DNA of 64,000 nt from Candidatus Bathyarchaeota archaeon (GCA_963768425.1 CAVYHV010000022.1:32001-96000), one strand, 5' to 3'; counted from the stretch's first letter, positions 30,488 to 40,884 are shown. Made by a program: numbers and translations. Notes: generated from the sequence alone by a model not told the origin.

Positions 30488-31261
30488 TCATTTCTTTAGC
30501 AGAAGCTCGCATATATTATCTATGGTTTTAACGGCTTCGATTTGCATGTTTTTTAGTGGTGTTTCGCCAAGCATGTCAGCTTCTGTGACTTTCTGGTCAA
30601 AAGGCACAAAGGTAAGCAGCGGCAATCCGTTCTTTTCAGCAAATCCGCTGATTGCTTCCTTCTGAATGTCGTTCATGACCCTGTTCCCGACGAGGTAGAG
30701 CTGCTGCATCCCCGCGTCTGTAGCCATATCATAGATGTGTTTTGCAATCTCCAAAGATTTCAAGTTTGAATCAGCAACAATAAGCAACGCATCTACTTGT
30801 CGAGCGGTGCCTCTTCCAATGTGTTCAACACCGGCTTCAAGGTCCAAAACTACGGCTTCGTCACGTTCCACAACCAAGTGCCTAAGCAAGGCGCGTATGA
30901 CAGCGTTCGGCGCGCACATGCAGCCAGCACCCATCGATTGCACGGTGCCCATAACAATCAAACTTACGCCTAGTGGAGTGGGAACAGAGTACTGTTTGAC
31001 TATGTCGTCAACGGTGAAATTTAAATTGTAAACACCTGAGTACCCCGTGCTTGTTTTAGATTCAACAAGTGTCTTGTTTTCGGAAATGGGGACGATTTTG
31101 CGGGTTTCCTCCGTGGATAAACCCAAAGTTAAGCCGAGGTTTGGAGAAGAATCAGCATCAATAGCGATAGTTTTCAGCCCTCGTGCAACAAAGCCATGGG
31201 CTAAGCCGCCTGCAATGAGCGTTTTTCCAACACCGCCTTTACCTGAAACAGCGACCTTCAT
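30488..31261 (-). CDS. cooC: CooC-type nickel-insertion ATPase
   Basis: GKGGVGKT, DADSSPNL, GCMC, DLEAGVEHIGRG. Confidence 0.92.
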   Translation of the reverse strand: MKVAVSGKGGVGKTLIAGGLAHGFVARGLKTIAIDADSSPNLGLTLGLSTEETRKIVPISENKTLVESKTSTGYSGVYNLNFTVDDIVKQYSVPTPLGVSLIVMGTVQSMGAGCMCAPNAVIRALLRHLVVERDEAVVLDLEAGVEHIGRGTARQVDALLIVADSNLKSLEIAKHIYDMATDAGMQQLYLVGNRVMNDIQKEAISGFAEKNGLPLLTFVPFDQKVTEADMLGETPLKNMQIEAVKTIDNICELLLKK

Positions 31262-31461
31262 AACAACTCACATAAGAAAGAGTGGTGAGCAAGGCATTAA
31301 TTTAAGTTTCTTCTGGAAATAGAAAACACAATCGGCTTGAGGCTGATAATTGGGATTTTGGAAAACCTAACAGAGACAAAGATTCTTCAAAAATGATAAC
31401 GAAATATTTCGTCGACAGATCCAGAGAGAAATAATGATATATCAAACAGAAGCATAGGGAT

Positions 31462-32847
31462 ATGGAATTAGCATGCAGGCCGCTTGCCATGAAAGGAACT
31501 AATCGTCCTATAATTATCTTTGTAACATCTGTTTTAGCAGTATCGACGATTTTCTGTCTGCTTCTATCTTCATCGTCGATTGCATATGTCTATTCACCGG
31601 ACAATTGGCCAATGTTTCATCACGACATAGGCCACACAGGCTATTCACCCAGCTCACGAACCCCAATTCAAGACACATTGTTGTGGAACTACACAACCAA
31701 CAGCGTAGTCGGGGCTTCGCCCGCAATCGTTGACGGCCATCTTTTCATAGGTTCTGACGCGGGAGTTGCCTATTGCATCAACGCGCTGGACGGGTCCGAA
31801 GTATGGAATTTCACTGTTCCCATTAACTCACAGATTGTTCATGGCGTAGAAAGTATCGCAATCAGTTCTTCGATGGCAGTGGCTAACGGCAAAGTCTACT
31901 TTGGATGCTACGACCGCAACATTTACTGCTTAAACGCTGCAACAGGCGCTGAACTCTGGAACTTCACAACAGGAAACACCGTGGAATCATGTCCCTCAAT
32001 CGTAAATGGTTACCTGTATGTTGGGTCATGGGATGGAAACGTCTATTGCATCAATGCAGCAGATGGCACCAAAATTTGGAGTTTCAAGACGGGTGGACTT
32101 GTAGAGTCATCGCCAGCAATCGCGAATGGTTATGTTTTTGCGGGCTCCGCAGATGGCAAAGTCTACTGCTTTGATGCCGCCTCGGGTGCCGAAATTTGGA
32201 ATTACACCACTGGGAACATTGTGGAGTCTTCTCCCACCGTAATTGATAATCGCCTATATGTCGGGTCAGATGGCAATAATGTCTATTGCCTTAATGCAAC
32301 AAATGGAAACAAGATATGGAACTACCCCACTCAAAGTTGGGTTACTTCAACCCCTGCAGTCGCAAACGGCTACGTTTATGTAGGGACCGGCGAATCTGGA
32401 TCTGCCAACCCTGACAAAAACGTTTACTGCCTCAATGCAGTGACAGGAGCGAAAATCTGGAATTTTGCCACAAGTGACGGGGTGGATTCTTCCCCCGCTA
32501 TTGCAGGGGGCTTTGTCTACATCGGAGGGTGGGACGGAAATGTTTATTGCCTGAATGCTTCAAGTGGGGCAAATATATGGACATATAACACAGGGAATCA
32601 TGTAAGTTCTTCTCCAGCCGTTTGGAACGGAATCGTTTATGTAGGGTCATGGGATCATAATGTTTACGCTTTTGGCTATCCGCTGACGACTTCCACACCT
32701 TCGCCAGGAACTCAGCCAATGCTCTCCGTTACAGCAGAAATCGTTTACATAGTAGCTTTTGTAATAGTTGTTGTAGCCATCGTGGCTTCAGTAATAACAG
32801 TTCGGCACAAAAAATATTCAAGGAGCCATAAACAAGCTACACGTTGA
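31462..32847 (+). CDS. Secreted, membrane-anchored PQQ-like beta-propeller repeat protein
   Basis: Signal peptide, WPMFHHD, about 8 repeats of SSPA..NG.VYVGS.DGNVYCLNA..G..IW, Ser/Thr linker, C-terminal TM helix and basic tail. Confidence 0.9.
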   Translation: MELACRPLAMKGTNRPIIIFVTSVLAVSTIFCLLLSSSSIAYVYSPDNWPMFHHDIGHTGYSPSSRTPIQDTLLWNYTTNSVVGASPAIVDGHLFIGSDAGVAYCINALDGSEVWNFTVPINSQIVHGVESIAISSSMAVANGKVYFGCYDRNIYCLNAATGAELWNFTTGNTVESCPSIVNGYLYVGSWDGNVYCINAADGTKIWSFKTGGLVESSPAIANGYVFAGSADGKVYCFDAASGAEIWNYTTGNIVESSPTVIDNRLYVGSDGNNVYCLNATNGNKIWNYPTQSWVTSTPAVANGYVYVGTGESGSANPDKNVYCLNAVTGAKIWNFATSDGVDSSPAIAGGFVYIGGWDGNVYCLNASSGANIWTYNTGNHVSSSPAVWNGIVYVGSWDHNVYAFGYPLTTSTPSPGTQPMLSVTAEIVYIVAFVIVVVAIVASVITVRHKKYSRSHKQATR

Positions 32848-32881
32848 ACATGTCAAAAACCTATTCAATTTAATTGAAAAA

Positions 32882-33214
32882 CTAAGTGGTCCGGAAAGAA
32901 AAAATCTCCAAGTTCTCTTTTTCAAACTCTTTCTGTAAAATCGTCTTGATTTCATCTTCGTCAAGGTTATAGAGACCATTTTTGCCTTTGCGCAAAGGAA
33001 TCCCTGTTTCTCTGAGACACTGATCTTTTGGGAAAATCTAGAAAGATGTAGTAACGCTTGTCATACATCAATATTATTCTTAACGGTTGCAATTTCTTTG
33101 TTTGGTGAGAAGAGCATTTTGTTCAAGAATATAGACTATCGATTTCGGCTTCTTTTCCCCAACTAAGCGTTTGAATTTTTCCCAGCTTCTAACCCTGATA
33201 TGACCTTAACTCAA
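32882..33214 (-). pseudogene. Decayed hypothetical gene
   Basis: Protein-like fragments HIRVRSWEKFKRLVGEKKPKSIVYILEQNA / KRYYIFLDFPK / LRETGIPLRKGKNGLYNLDEDEIKTILQKEFEKENLEIFSF broken by a stop and several frameshifts. Confidence 0.5.
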
Positions 33215-33260
33215 TTTCTTCAATCTGCTTCTATCGATTAAAGAAAACAGTAAGTTGAAA

Positions 33261-33545
33261 TTAGGTTTTGCCTTCTTTTATTTTGTCGATTATCTTCTGT
33301 GTTTTCTCTTCCGAGGGATGAGTGATAGCGCAGGAAGGACAAATGTCCTCACAACCTCTGCAGAATACAACACATCTGTTTGGGTTCACCACAGTTCGTT
33401 TTTCGCCACCTTTTTCCTCTATTCTAAAGGCACTCGTATGGCAAAAATCAACACATTTCCCACATGTCACACACTTTTCATAATCGATCTTTGGGTCCCA
33501 AGGTATTTTGCCTCTGGGGATATCTTCGTATGCTTCCTCAGACAT
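33261..33545 (-). CDS. 2x[4Fe-4S] ferredoxin-family protein
   Basis: CVTCGKCVDFC and CVVFCRGCEDICP. Confidence 0.88.
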   Translation of the reverse strand: MSEEAYEDIPRGKIPWDPKIDYEKCVTCGKCVDFCHTSAFRIEEKGGEKRTVVNPNRCVVFCRGCEDICPSCAITHPSEEKTQKIIDKIKEGKT

Positions 33546-34143
33546 TTTTAGCTCTTCCCTAGTTGATTCAATGTAATAATTAATGGTAATCAATTATTTC
33601 ATGATTACTTAGTTCATAGCGGCTGGCCTTTAATTTTTCTTTGCAAAACGACAGCACTTAAGATAATAATTGAGGTAATAGTAGCTACTAATGCTAGTAT
33701 CTGAGGACTAAATTCTGAAATGCTTGGTAAAGTAGTTGAACCAAAAATGTTTGTCTCAAGATGCTGTATAAATAGGTTGATGTTATTGGCGGAGGTAGGG
33801 CTTGGGTAACAGTTTTTGACGTTGATTCCAGCAGCATTCCTAAGAGTTTGTCATAGCCATAGCGCGCATTGTGCAAGAGCTCAGACGATTTTGGCGTAAG
33901 CCCGGTCCGCCTCACTTAGGAGACGCCAAACTTGTCGAATGCATAGACCCTGTTAAAGTGAAGTTGTGGACATCCCGATTTAAGATTTGTTTATGCTGCT
34001 TTAAGCAGTAGCGGGCCCGAGCCCAAACTCTGATGGAACTTTCAAGAACATAGAGTTGAGTTGAATCAAACTTGTATCCGAGTAGTCTGATTCCTTACTT
34101 AGACGTGGTTTTCGCGGCGCTTTAGGCTCTGTCATGTTAATTT

Positions 34144-34629
34144 CTATTTACAGAATCTGCCATCATCCTTTGTTTCTTTGAGCTTGCTAATTTTGTTGCT
34201 GAACCAACCTATCTTGGTAGTTCTTCTATAATCAAACTTGGGAACATATGGCTTAATATCCAGCAGTGGCGTGCCGTCTAAAATGTCTACATCTTGAATG
34301 TACAGTATGTTGTTTTCGATTCGGATGAGGCGTACAGTAGATAGTCCTATTGCATTTGGTCTAGCAGGCGAGCGAGTAGCGAACACACCATGGAGTTTAT
34401 TATCGAGAAACGGCTTGACCAACAAAGAACATGCCTTGACTAAACTAAAATTATAAAGGAGAATAATATGAGAAAAACCTTCTAAGTCCTTTAAGCCTTC
34501 GACATATTTGGGGTTTATTTCTATACTTCCTTTAGTGCCCTTTGACGCAGAAGCTTGAATGGGTACGTTTTTAGGTTCCTTGAAAGGCGAGTGCACAACC
34601 CCAATAGACCTGTATGTTACTTCGTTCAT
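34144..34629 (-). CDS. tsaA: TrmO/TsaA-like SAM-binding protein (t6A37 N6-methyltransferase family)
   Basis: IGVVHSPFK, GLKDLEGFSH, GVFATRSPARPNAIGLS, DGTPLLDIKPY. Confidence 0.9.
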   Translation of the reverse strand: MNEVTYRSIGVVHSPFKEPKNVPIQASASKGTKGSIEINPKYVEGLKDLEGFSHIILLYNFSLVKACSLLVKPFLDNKLHGVFATRSPARPNAIGLSTVRLIRIENNILYIQDVDILDGTPLLDIKPYVPKFDYRRTTKIGWFSNKISKLKETKDDGRFCK

Positions 34630-34733
34630 CCGCTCCCTTCTTCACCGTCTCTTAGAAGAGACATTAAGAATTTAGATATACCTGAAAATAAATAAACAAA
34701 AAAGAAGAGTGGTAGAGGCGCAACTTTATGGGT

Positions 34734-34922
34734 TTAGCATTGGTTATGACCGCAACTGCAGCTTTGACTTGACGAGTTACCACCGATGTATTTTTGGGGG
34801 TTTGCTTCGAAGGATTTCTTGCATCCTGGAGCGCAGAAATAGTAGTATTTGTCTTGGTAGATTGTTTTGTACTTTGCGGTTTTCTCGTCAACTTCCATGT
34901 TGCATACCAAATCTTTAGCCAT
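34734..34922 (-). CDS. YHS/TRASH-domain metal chaperone
   Basis: DLVCNMEV, YYFCAPGCKKSF..NPQKY, Cys/His tail CSCGHNQC; next to copA. Confidence 0.85.
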   Translation of the reverse strand: MAKDLVCNMEVDEKTAKYKTIYQDKYYYFCAPGCKKSFEANPQKYIGGNSSSQSCSCGHNQC

Positions 34923-34961
34923 ACTTTTCCACCTCCAAAAACATTGCATGATTTCTTGTGA

Positions 34962-37379
34962 CTAGATTTTCGGTTTAAATCTCCTGAGGAGTGAAGCGTT
35001 GGTAACCACTGTTACTGAGCTACTCGCCATGGCCACTGCCGCGTACACCGGATTAAATAGCACATGTATAATGGGGTAGAATGCGCCTGCCGCCAAGGGA
35101 ACCAAGATGATGTTGTAGAAAAATGCCCAGAATAGATTCTGCCGAATTTTCTTCATCGCAGCCCGGCTCAACTGGATAGCTACCACTACATCCCTTAAAT
35201 CATCCTTAATTAACACTATGTCTCCAGTTTCAATTGCTACATCTGTTCCATTGCCTACAGCAATACCAATGTTTGCCTGCGCCAAAGCCGGAGCATCGTT
35301 TATTCCATCTCCAACCATGGCAACAACTTTGCCCTCGGATTGCAACCGCTTTATCTTAGTGCTTTTCTCACTGGGGAGAACCTCGGAGAACACGCTATTT
35401 ACACCCAATTGTTTTGCTATCGCGCTGGCTGTTTTTTGATTATCGCCAGTAATCATTACAACCTCTAAGCCCATTTGCTGAAGAGTTCTCACAGCCTCGG
35501 CAGAGTGTTCTTTCAGGGTGTCAGCCACAGCTATCAATCCTGCAAGCTGATTGTCTATCGCAAGGAGCATTGCGGTTTTTCCTACTTCCTCAAGCTCTTT
35601 CATCTTTAGGTCAAACGCGCCAATGTCCAAGTTGTTTACTTCCATGAGTCTGCGATTGCCTAACAATATTTTAGCGCCTTTATGCTCCACTTCCACTCCG
35701 TACCCCGGGAGGGCGTTGAAGACGTCAGGCTCATCAATCTGGAGGCCTTTCTCCTTTGCCTTTTTTACTATGGCTTCTCCAAGCGGGTGCTCTGAGTTTT
35801 TCTCCGCGATGCTGGCTAACTGCAAAAGTTGGTCTTCCTTGAACGCTTCTGTTGAGATGATATCTGTGACTTCAGGCTCGCCTTTTGTGAGTGTTCCTGT
35901 TTTATCAAAAACTACCGTTTGAAGCTTATAAGCCGCTTCCAATGTTTCGCCGTTTTTGATTAAAATTCCGTTTTCGGCTCCTTTCCCAACACCAACCATA
36001 ATTGCTGTGGGTGTAGCAAGTCCAAGAGCGCAAGGACAAGCAACAATTAACACAGCGATGAAAACAGTGAGGGCAAAAATGAAGCTTGCGCCAGCTATGA
36101 AATACCATGCCAACGCTGCGAGCGTGGCTGTTATTATGATTGTTGGAACAAAAAAACCTGACGCGATATCTGCTAGTCTTTGAATAGGTGCTTTAGAACT
36201 TAATGCATCTTCAACCATGCTTATGATCTGGGAAAGAACTGTATCTTTGCCAACTTTGGTGGCTTCGAATTTCAACACCCCAGTTTTATTCATGGTGGCA
36301 CCAACAACTTGGTCTCCGCTTTTCTTTTCAATGGGGATGCTTTCGCCGGTGATAACTTTCTCATCCACTGCTGAATATCCTTCTGTAACGATGCCGTCGA
36401 CAGGAATTTTTTCTCCTGGTCTAACGACTACGATGTCTTCTACCTGGACATCTTCAATCGGTATTTCCTCTTCTTCGCCATTCCTAATTATTCTGGCAGT
36501 TTTTGCTTGCAGACCCATGATTTTTCTGATGGCTTCTGAGGTTCTGCCTTTTGCTATGGCATCTAAGAGTTTTCCCAGCAAAATGAAGCTCATGATCATT
36601 GTAGCAGTATCGAAGAATACTCCGGCGCCTGGGAACTGGCTTGGCGCAAATGTAACTGCGGTGCTGTAGGTCCAAGCGGTGGATGTTCCCATTGCAATTA
36701 AGGTATCCATGTTGGCAGTTCTGTTTCTCAAGCCCTTGTATGTGCCAACGTAGAAGGTCCATCCGACAATGAATTGCACGGGAGTTGCCAAAATAAACAT
36801 TAAAATGTTGTTTTGTTGTTTGGGCAAAACGGGGAACAACATCAAGAGGATGATGGGGATAGTCAATGTAGTACTTGTTGCCAAAAGGATTTTTAGGCGT
36901 TGAATGTGGCGTTGGCGCTCTTTGCCTTCAGTATCCTGCAGCACTGTTTTTTCAGGTTCTATGACCTGGTACCCGACGTCCTGTATGGTTTTTTTGATTC
37001 CAGCGAAGCTTAGTTGCTCGGGGTTATATTCAACGGTGACTTTTTCTGTAGCAAAGTTAACGGTTGCATTGTAGACGCCCGCCTTGCTGTTTAATGCTTT
37101 TTCGATGCTTTGGGCGCAGTTAACGCAGCTCATGCCACCTACTTGGAGAACGATTTTCTCATGGATAACCCGGTATCCTGATTCAGCGATGGTGTTTTCT
37201 ATGGTTTTCTGGTCGACGAGGTCTGGGTTGTATTCTATAATTGCTTTTTCGGCGGCGAAGTTAACGGTGGCGTGGATTACACCATTTAGTTTAGAGAGTG
37301 CTTTTTCTATGGTCAGTGAGCAGTTTATGCAACTCATGCCGCCGATGTTGAGGGTGATTTTTTTGTTTTCTCGACTCAT
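34962..37379 (-). CDS. copA: Cu(I)-exporting P1B-type ATPase
   Basis: Two HMA GMSCxxC domains, [27 protein letters not shown] and MxxSS. Confidence 0.95.
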   Translation of the reverse strand: MSRENKKITLNIGGMSCINCSLTIEKALSKLNGVIHATVNFAAEKAIIEYNPDLVDQKTIENTIAESGYRVIHEKIVLQVGGMSCVNCAQSIEKALNSKAGVYNATVNFATEKVTVEYNPEQLSFAGIKKTIQDVGYQVIEPEKTVLQDTEGKERQRHIQRLKILLATSTTLTIPIILLMLFPVLPKQQNNILMFILATPVQFIVGWTFYVGTYKGLRNRTANMDTLIAMGTSTAWTYSTAVTFAPSQFPGAGVFFDTATMIMSFILLGKLLDAIAKGRTSEAIRKIMGLQAKTARIIRNGEEEEIPIEDVQVEDIVVVRPGEKIPVDGIVTEGYSAVDEKVITGESIPIEKKSGDQVVGATMNKTGVLKFEATKVGKDTVLSQIISMVEDALSSKAPIQRLADIASGFFVPTIIITATLAALAWYFIAGASFIFALTVFIAVLIVACPCALGLATPTAIMVGVGKGAENGILIKNGETLEAAYKLQTVVFDKTGTLTKGEPEVTDIISTEAFKEDQLLQLASIAEKNSEHPLGEAIVKKAKEKGLQIDEPDVFNALPGYGVEVEHKGAKILLGNRRLMEVNNLDIGAFDLKMKELEEVGKTAMLLAIDNQLAGLIAVADTLKEHSAEAVRTLQQMGLEVVMITGDNQKTASAIAKQLGVNSVFSEVLPSEKSTKIKRLQSEGKVVAMVGDGINDAPALAQANIGIAVGNGTDVAIETGDIVLIKDDLRDVVVAIQLSRAAMKKIRQNLFWAFFYNIILVPLAAGAFYPIIHVLFNPVYAAVAMASSSVTVVTNASLLRRFKPKI

Positions 37380-37393
37380 TTTGTTGCTTCCGC

Positions 37394-37963
37394 TTATAGA
37401 GAACCTTTGTAGTTACTCGTTGCTGGACAACCAACACACTTTTTGGTTTCATATCGGTTACAGGGGTCGCATTCAACATTGCACGGTGAAACTTTTTTTT
37501 CTTTATTCGCCAAGTTTTCTCTTATTTGAAGGAAAGGCGAAAAATATGTGTCGCTTACAGGGTAAAACTCCGATCTGCGGATTCCTTTGCTGCATCTTAA
37601 GGAGCATTTCTCCATCGAGATGCTTTCTAAGGTTTCTCTCGTTTCTGCAACTATAAGTGCCATCAGATTGTAGCCACCTATTGTTTTGAAAATCTGAACT
37701 ATTCTGGGGCACTCCTCGAAACGGACGAGAACATCTTGCATCGCTTCAGCGCTCTCCATTTCCAGCATCACGATGGCCAGATGCAGCCCAAGCGTAGTTG
37801 GGTTGATCAGAGCAGATATTTTAATTGTGCCGTTTTCGATGAGTTTGTCCAACCTCTTCTTTGTTCCCATGCTCGTAAAACCTGTTAGTTTGGATAAATC
37901 CTCAAGAGATGTCCTACCATCCGCTTGGAGTTGAGCTATTATTTTCTTGTCAACCTTATCCAT
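37394..37963 (-). CDS. Lrp/AsnC-family regulator with Cys-rich C-terminal extension
   Basis: N-terminal HTH ([15 protein letters not shown]), RAM-like domain, tail [21 protein letters not shown]. Confidence 0.85.
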   Translation of the reverse strand: MDKVDKKIIAQLQADGRTSLEDLSKLTGFTSMGTKKRLDKLIENGTIKISALINPTTLGLHLAIVMLEMESAEAMQDVLVRFEECPRIVQIFKTIGGYNLMALIVAETRETLESISMEKCSLRCSKGIRRSEFYPVSDTYFSPFLQIRENLANKEKKVSPCNVECDPCNRYETKKCVGCPATSNYKGSL

Positions 37964-37973
37964 GAGCGCACCA

Positions 37974-38019
37974 GTTTACTTTATAAACATAACCTATTAA
38001 TATTGTTTATCTATTAAAC
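37974..38019. promoter_or_regulatory. Two palindromic GTTTA-N5-TAAAC sites in a divergent promoter
   Basis: GTTTACTTTATAAAC (37974-37988) and GTTTATCTATTAAAC (38005-38019), 31 bp apart. Confidence 0.6.
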
Positions 38020-38051
38020 TATGTTATCATCAAAACAAAAGGTTATCAAGA

Positions 38052-38447
38052 ATGACAAAGAGAATAATGTTGCCGGTTGAAGACGAATCAGGATTAGAAG
38101 CTCAAGTAGCACATCACTTCGGAAGAGCACCCTATTTCGCCATAGTGGAACTTGACGAGAACAAAGAAATCTCGAAAGTTAAAACTGAGCCAAACAGAAG
38201 CGAACACATGGGAGGTGCCCCAGGGCATTCACATGAAAGTTTTCTGGCGCTGGAACCAAACGTTGTTATAGCTTATTCAATGGGACCTGGGGCAATGAAT
38301 ACCTTTCAAGATGCCGGCGTAACCGTTTTGGAAGCAACCGCAGACACAGTGAAAGGAAACATTGAATCCTTCAAAGAAGGCAAACTCAAAGAACTTGCAG
38401 TTGGATGCGAACACGCCCATCACCACGAACATGAACATTCACATTAA
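38052..38447 (+). CDS. NifB/NifX (dinitrogenase FeMo-cofactor-binding) family protein with His-rich tail
   Basis: HHFGRAPYF, MGPGA, tail CEHAHHHEHEHSH. Confidence 0.85.
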   Translation: MTKRIMLPVEDESGLEAQVAHHFGRAPYFAIVELDENKEISKVKTEPNRSEHMGGAPGHSHESFLALEPNVVIAYSMGPGAMNTFQDAGVTVLEATADTVKGNIESFKEGKLKELAVGCEHAHHHEHEHSH

Positions 38448-38476
38448 ACTAATAAAATATAAAAAGAGGTGAAAAA

Positions 38477-38893
38477 ACGCCAAAAATAAAAGCAAAAGCA
38501 ACATGGGTTGAAAATGTACGCTCAAAGGTTGATAATCAAAGAAACCACAGTGTAGAATGTGACCTCTCTACTGCTGCGGGCGGAACAGATTGCGGTCCAA
38601 CAGCGCTTGAACTTAGTTTAATGGCGCTTGCAGACTGTGGTGTCACAATCTTCGCTGATGTGTGCAAAAAAAGTAACATAAAACTGAAAAAAGTCGAAGT
38701 AATTGCTGAAGCTGACAAATCGCCTGATTCGCCGATGATAAGTGGCGTTACTATGAAAGTCAATGCTTCTTCTGATGCAAGGAAAGAACTGATAGAGGCT
38801 GCTTGGAGGAGAACCGAAGCAAACTGCCCAGTTTTGTTCATTTTCAAAGAACCGACTCCCGTAAAGGTTGAATTTGAAGCAAAAACAGAATGA
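38477..38893 (+). CDS. OsmC-family protein (start uncertain; ACG after GAGGTG)
   Basis: Frame opens upstream of the track ORF: KIKAKATWVENVRSKVDNQRNHSVECD...GGTDCGPTALEL..ALADC...NCPV. Confidence 0.8.
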   Translation, partial: TPKIKAKATWVENVRSKVDNQRNHSVECDLSTAAGGTDCGPTALELSLMALADCGVTIFADVCKKSNIKLKKVEVIAEADKSPDSPMISGVTMKVNASSDARKELIEAAWRRTEANCPVLFIFKEPTPVKVEFEAKTE

Positions 38894-38911
38894 AGCATTC
38901 AGGCTTGAGAA

Positions 38912-39448
38912 ATGAAAACTGCACTAATAGTCTATTGGTCTAAAACTGGTAATACAGAGAAAGTCGCCAACGCTATCAAACAAGGGTTAGAAGAAGCTGA
39001 CGTCAAGGTGACTATTAAGAAGCCTGAGGAAGCAGAAGCTCTGGATTATTTTGACTATGATTTAGTTTGCGTAGGTTGTCCATCGTACTCTTGGCATCCT
39101 CCTGAACCGATGACAAATTTTCTAAAGAAAAAATTCGCTGAAGATCGCCAGAAAGGTAATATTAAGCCTTCAGCTCCAAAAGTCTCTGGCAAAAACGCAT
39201 TAGTCTTTGTAACTTACTCAGGACCACATACAGGAATTGACGAGGCAACCCCAGTCGGCAAGGATATACGACAATGCTTTGAGCATATAGGCTTTAATGT
39301 TATCGATGAATGGTACGTTCTAAGCGAATTTCACGGCTCACTAAAGTACAGCACAATAGGCAGATTGGGTGATATTAGGGGAAAACCTACTTCTGATCAA
39401 CTGCAAGTCATTAAAGATGATTCAAGGCGCTTAGGCAGGCTGCTCTAA
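38912..39448 (+). CDS. Flavodoxin-like protein
   Basis: YWSKTGNTEKVA, VGCPSY, FVTYSG. Confidence 0.85.
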   Translation: MKTALIVYWSKTGNTEKVANAIKQGLEEADVKVTIKKPEEAEALDYFDYDLVCVGCPSYSWHPPEPMTNFLKKKFAEDRQKGNIKPSAPKVSGKNALVFVTYSGPHTGIDEATPVGKDIRQCFEHIGFNVIDEWYVLSEFHGSLKYSTIGRLGDIRGKPTSDQLQVIKDDSRRLGRLL

Positions 39449-39456
39449 CTCCGTTC

Positions 39457-39813
39457 GTGGTCATTTTGGTTAACGCTCATAATAGTTGCAGTCCAGAAGT
39501 GGCTCAGAAAATTCTGATGACAGTTCCTTATGCTCAAGGATTCAACTTCTTTATGCCAGATGGTCATTACACCGGTGAGACAGCACTGTCCCTTCGCTCA
39601 TTCTTAAGAGACATGGGAAGCGTTGATGTTCAATCGATCAAATTCCACTTTGACCGCGGCGACTTTCAGAAGTGGCTAAGAACTACAATCGGCGATGAAG
39701 AACTTGCTCAAACAATTGACAAATTAGACAAGAAAACCCCAGAAGAAAGCCTCCTGGAAAAGTTGACGGATATCGTTCAAAAAAGAATTTCAGAATTGCA
39801 GTTAACCTATTAA
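39457..39813 (+). CDS. Conserved archaeal protein (DUF5752-like)
   Basis: F.F....G.YTG.TA.SL..F......S..FH..RGDFQKW.....GDEELA pattern. Confidence 0.65.
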   Translation: MVILVNAHNSCSPEVAQKILMTVPYAQGFNFFMPDGHYTGETALSLRSFLRDMGSVDVQSIKFHFDRGDFQKWLRTTIGDEELAQTIDKLDKKTPEESLLEKLTDIVQKRISELQLTY

Positions 39814-39869
39814 ATCATCTTGGTTGCACGGCGTGGGTAATATGGTAATTTTTTTAAAGGTTGAATATT

Positions 39870-40256
39870 TCAAACACTTTTTGTTTCCCATTTTGTAAAG
39901 TATGTTTTGCCGTTTTCTCTAAAGGCACGGAGTAGTTCGCAATGCCTGAAGAAAGCAAACTCTTGTTCTAACTGCTCTGGCTTCAAATTTAGAATTTTGG
40001 CCAGATCTTCCTTGGTTATTTTATCATGTTTCTCAACTGTATCATAGATTCTTTGTTGGAGCTCGTTTAAACCTGAATTCCCAGTTTGGCCTAATTGTTT
40101 TCGAACGGATAAAGCTGAGGCTACAGCCATGGGGTCGCAAGCCTTCGGTGGATTGGTTTCATACATATAACAGTCCTCGCATAGGACTTTCCCGTGCAGG
40201 TCATAGGCTTCCTCGTCTCGTAAGGGTGCTTTGCATCTTTCACAATCCATTTTCAT
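39870..40256 (-). CDS. Zinc-finger + winged-helix protein
   Basis: CERC...LCEDC, CDP, C-terminal wHTH (ELQQRIYD..ITKEDLAKIL..LEQEFA..RHCEL). Confidence 0.75.
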   Translation of the reverse strand: MKMDCERCKAPLRDEEAYDLHGKVLCEDCYMYETNPPKACDPMAVASALSVRKQLGQTGNSGLNELQQRIYDTVEKHDKITKEDLAKILNLKPEQLEQEFAFFRHCELLRAFRENGKTYFTKWETKSV

Positions 40257-40639
40257 CAACCTTGATTCATATGGTTTTGAAAGTCTGATTCAAACCTATT
40301 AATCAGTTTGTTAAGGCTCACAGTAATCTCTCTCACTTTTTCTTTGGCATGCCCTTTAATTATAGCAGGGTTTTGAATGGAATAAACATGGTAATATCCC
40401 CCGCCCTTTAGAGTCATTGTTTGCTTATTCACAAGATTTAGGCTCACTAGTTTTGCGAGACAGCGATGCACAGAGCTGCGATCCTTTTGCAGCAATTTTG
40501 CGATCTGGTCGAGGGAGCTACCTTCATTTCTTGCAACAGCCTGAAACGCTTGGAGGTCTGCTGGTTTTAGGTTGTATAGGCAAGTTAGTAAATCGGTGCA
40601 AGAGGCTCCTTTCTTTGTGAGCTGATTTATGCTTTCCAT
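40256..40639 (-). CDS. HTH transcriptional regulator (TrmB/MarR-like, COG3355-like)
   Basis: CTDLLTCLYNL, LDQIAKLLQKDRSSVHRCLAKLV, GGYYHVY; ATG at 40639. Confidence 0.8.
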   Translation of the reverse strand: MESINQLTKKGASCTDLLTCLYNLKPADLQAFQAVARNEGSSLDQIAKLLQKDRSSVHRCLAKLVSLNLVNKQTMTLKGGGYYHVYSIQNPAIIKGHAKEKVREITVSLNKLINRFESDFQNHMNQG

Positions 40640-40750
40640 GAGAGAGTGATTGTAGTATCTTGAATATAAATAGTATTGTTTGGTGTTGTCAATACCGTAA
40701 GATATATTTGGCTGGGCTTGTAATCCATTGACATATACGGAAGTGTAATT

Positions 40751-40858
40751 ATGGAGAAAAAATTTGAATGCCCAAGAGGCATACCAGAAGAAATGTGCGA
40801 CCATGCCCCACACTGTAACGTTTGGAAACTAAGAGAGACTGCAAAGAAACAAGCATAA
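40751..40858 (+). CDS. 35-aa Cys/His-rich small protein
   Basis: MEKKFECPRGIPEEMCDHAPHCNVWKLRETAKKQA*, directly upstream of trxA; below the ORF-track cutoff. Confidence 0.5.
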   Translation: MEKKFECPRGIPEEMCDHAPHCNVWKLRETAKKQA

Positions 40859-40884
40859 GAGTCCATACACACTGGTGATAAATT

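Noticed and set aside
31660-32670. About 120-bp internal repeats
   Set aside because: They are coding blades of an ordinary beta-propeller surface protein.
33600-34140. Possible ncRNA or small gene (track ORF 33694-33915)
   Set aside because: No recognisable RNA family or protein motif; probably decayed sequence, cannot be supported.
38052-38447. Nitrogen fixation
   Set aside because: NifX-like proteins are widespread in non-diazotrophic archaea; no nifHDK here.
40640-40813. N-terminal 58 aa of the 185-aa track ORF
   Set aside because: Spans the divergent promoter and the antisense small ORF; the HTH protein starts at 40639.
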